Source: an uncultured Acidobacteriota bacterium
GTDB taxonomy: Bacteria > Acidobacteriota > Thermoanaerobaculia > Multivoradales > UBA5704
Reading direction: 5' to 3'
DNA length: 64,000 bases
Assembly (NCBI GenBank): GCA_963752235.1
Contig: CAVVXL010000011.1
Location: 128,599 to 192,598 of the forward strand
Both the position numbers and the translations under genes were made by a program. Within the stretch, counting starts at the first letter, position 1, and every line of letters starts with the position of its first letter. The notes under the pieces are model-generated. The model worked only from the letters and a program-made list of their open reading frames with translations, made no database searches and was not told the origin of the DNA. Below are positions 63,421 to 64,000 of this stretch, piece after piece.

Positions 63421-64000
63421 CTACCCCGCCAGCAGCTCCATCACCTTCGCCACCGCCTCGGCCGGCGTCACCATGACCTTCTCGCGATCCTTCCGCAGCG
63501 AGACCTCGACCTTGCCGTCGGCGAGCGACTTGGCGCCCACGGTGAGGCGGACGGGGATGCCGATCAGGTCGGCGTCCTTGAACTTGACGCCGGGGCGCTC
63601 GTCGCGGTCGTCGTAGAGCACCTCGACCCCCTTCTCCTGGAGCTGGGCGTAGAGGGTCTCGGCGGCGCCTTTCACCGTCTGATCCTCGGGGTTGAGGACG
63701 ATCAGCAGCGCCTCGAAGGGGGCGAGCGGGCGCGGCCAGATGATGCCGTCCTTGTCGTGGTTCTGCTCGATGGCGGCGGCGACCGTGCGGCCGATGCCGA
63801 CGCCGTAGCACCCCATGATCATCGGCTTGTCGGCGCCGGCCTCGTCGGTGTAGACGCAGCCCATCGCCTCCGAATACTTGGTGCCCAGCTTGAAGATGTG
63901 CCCGACCTCGATGCCGCGCGACAGCTCCAGGGTGCCGTCGCAGCGCGGGCAGGGGTCGCCCCCCGAGACCAGCAGCAGGTCGGCCCAGTTGGAAAGATCG
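63421..64000 (-). CDS. proS: prolyl-tRNA synthetase, 3' part (gene continues beyond the window)
   Basis: MGCYGVGIGRTVAAAIEQNHD and the anticodon-binding domain ...DDRDERPGVKFKDADLIGIP. Confidence 0.85.
   Translation of the reverse strand, partial: DLSNWADLLLVSGGDPCPRCDGTLELSRGIEVGHIFKLGTKYSEAMGCVYTDEAGADKPMIMGCYGVGIGRTVAAAIEQNHDKDGIIWPRPLAPFEALLIVLNPEDQTVKGAAETLYAQLQEKGVEVLYDDRDERPGVKFKDADLIGIPVRLTVGAKSLADGKVEVSLRKDREKVMVTPAEAVAKVMELLAG

Noticed and set aside
62223-63476. 417-aa plus-strand ORF and 406-aa ORF 61372..62592
   Set aside because: They are antisense or alternative frames of the TonB-like and sdhC genes and of the AGGGAC-repeat spacer. The apparent GTQGTTGTAG peptide is a repeat artefact.

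Overview
About 70% GC bacterial chromosome segment. The gene content (a TIGR03436-like VWFA protein, an acetyl/succinyl-ornithine-type arginine operon, YfhO-like and GT9 envelope genes) suggests an Acidobacteria-like organism; that is inference only. I support roughly 60 genes, mostly housekeeping. They include heptose/LPS-core genes (hldA, hldC, GT9), pilB, ctaA, nth, a PduO-type adenosyltransferase, holB-tmk, a SWIB protein, terC, pntAA and ggt. There is also an eight-gene, translationally coupled arginine operon (argR-argG-X-argC-argD-argF'-argB::argE-argH), exeA/gspB, S9 and M28 peptidases, an aldo-keto reductase, zwf, a GntR-ABC operon, sdhCAB, a TonB-like protein and the 3' end of proS. 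I saw no rRNA, tRNA, CRISPR, transposase or phage genes. HEADLINE: at 22.3-29.1 kb, inside a locally AT-rich patch, five co-directional minus-strand genes have the logic of a ComQ-ComX-ComP-ComA pheromone system in a new form. They are a REC-EAL response regulator, a 64-aa peptide, a polyprenyl-synthase-fold enzyme that lacks the IPP-binding motifs, a second paralogous 64-aa peptide (both with a WxxWPP box), and a ~10-TM PDZ/GAF/PAS hybrid histidine kinase. I read this as a candidate prenylated-peptide (RiPP/quorum-sensing) system wired to c-di-GMP. Other notable items: a 17-copy 20-bp tandem array bracketed by two near-identical hairpins between convergent pilB and ctaA; several long nested palindromes in intergenic regions; two loci of 9-nt-periodic AGGGAC repeats; an in-frame argB::argE fusion; an unknown P-loop gene embedded in the arg operon; and tandem paralogous polytopic membrane proteins. 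Six genes show apparent +/-1 frameshifts, one of them in a G7 tract, so either the assembly has indel errors or several genes are decaying. The ORF track is dominated by long spurious ORFs typical of high-GC DNA. I called genes by recognisable motifs, amino-acid composition, SD sequences and ATGA-type start/stop overlaps.
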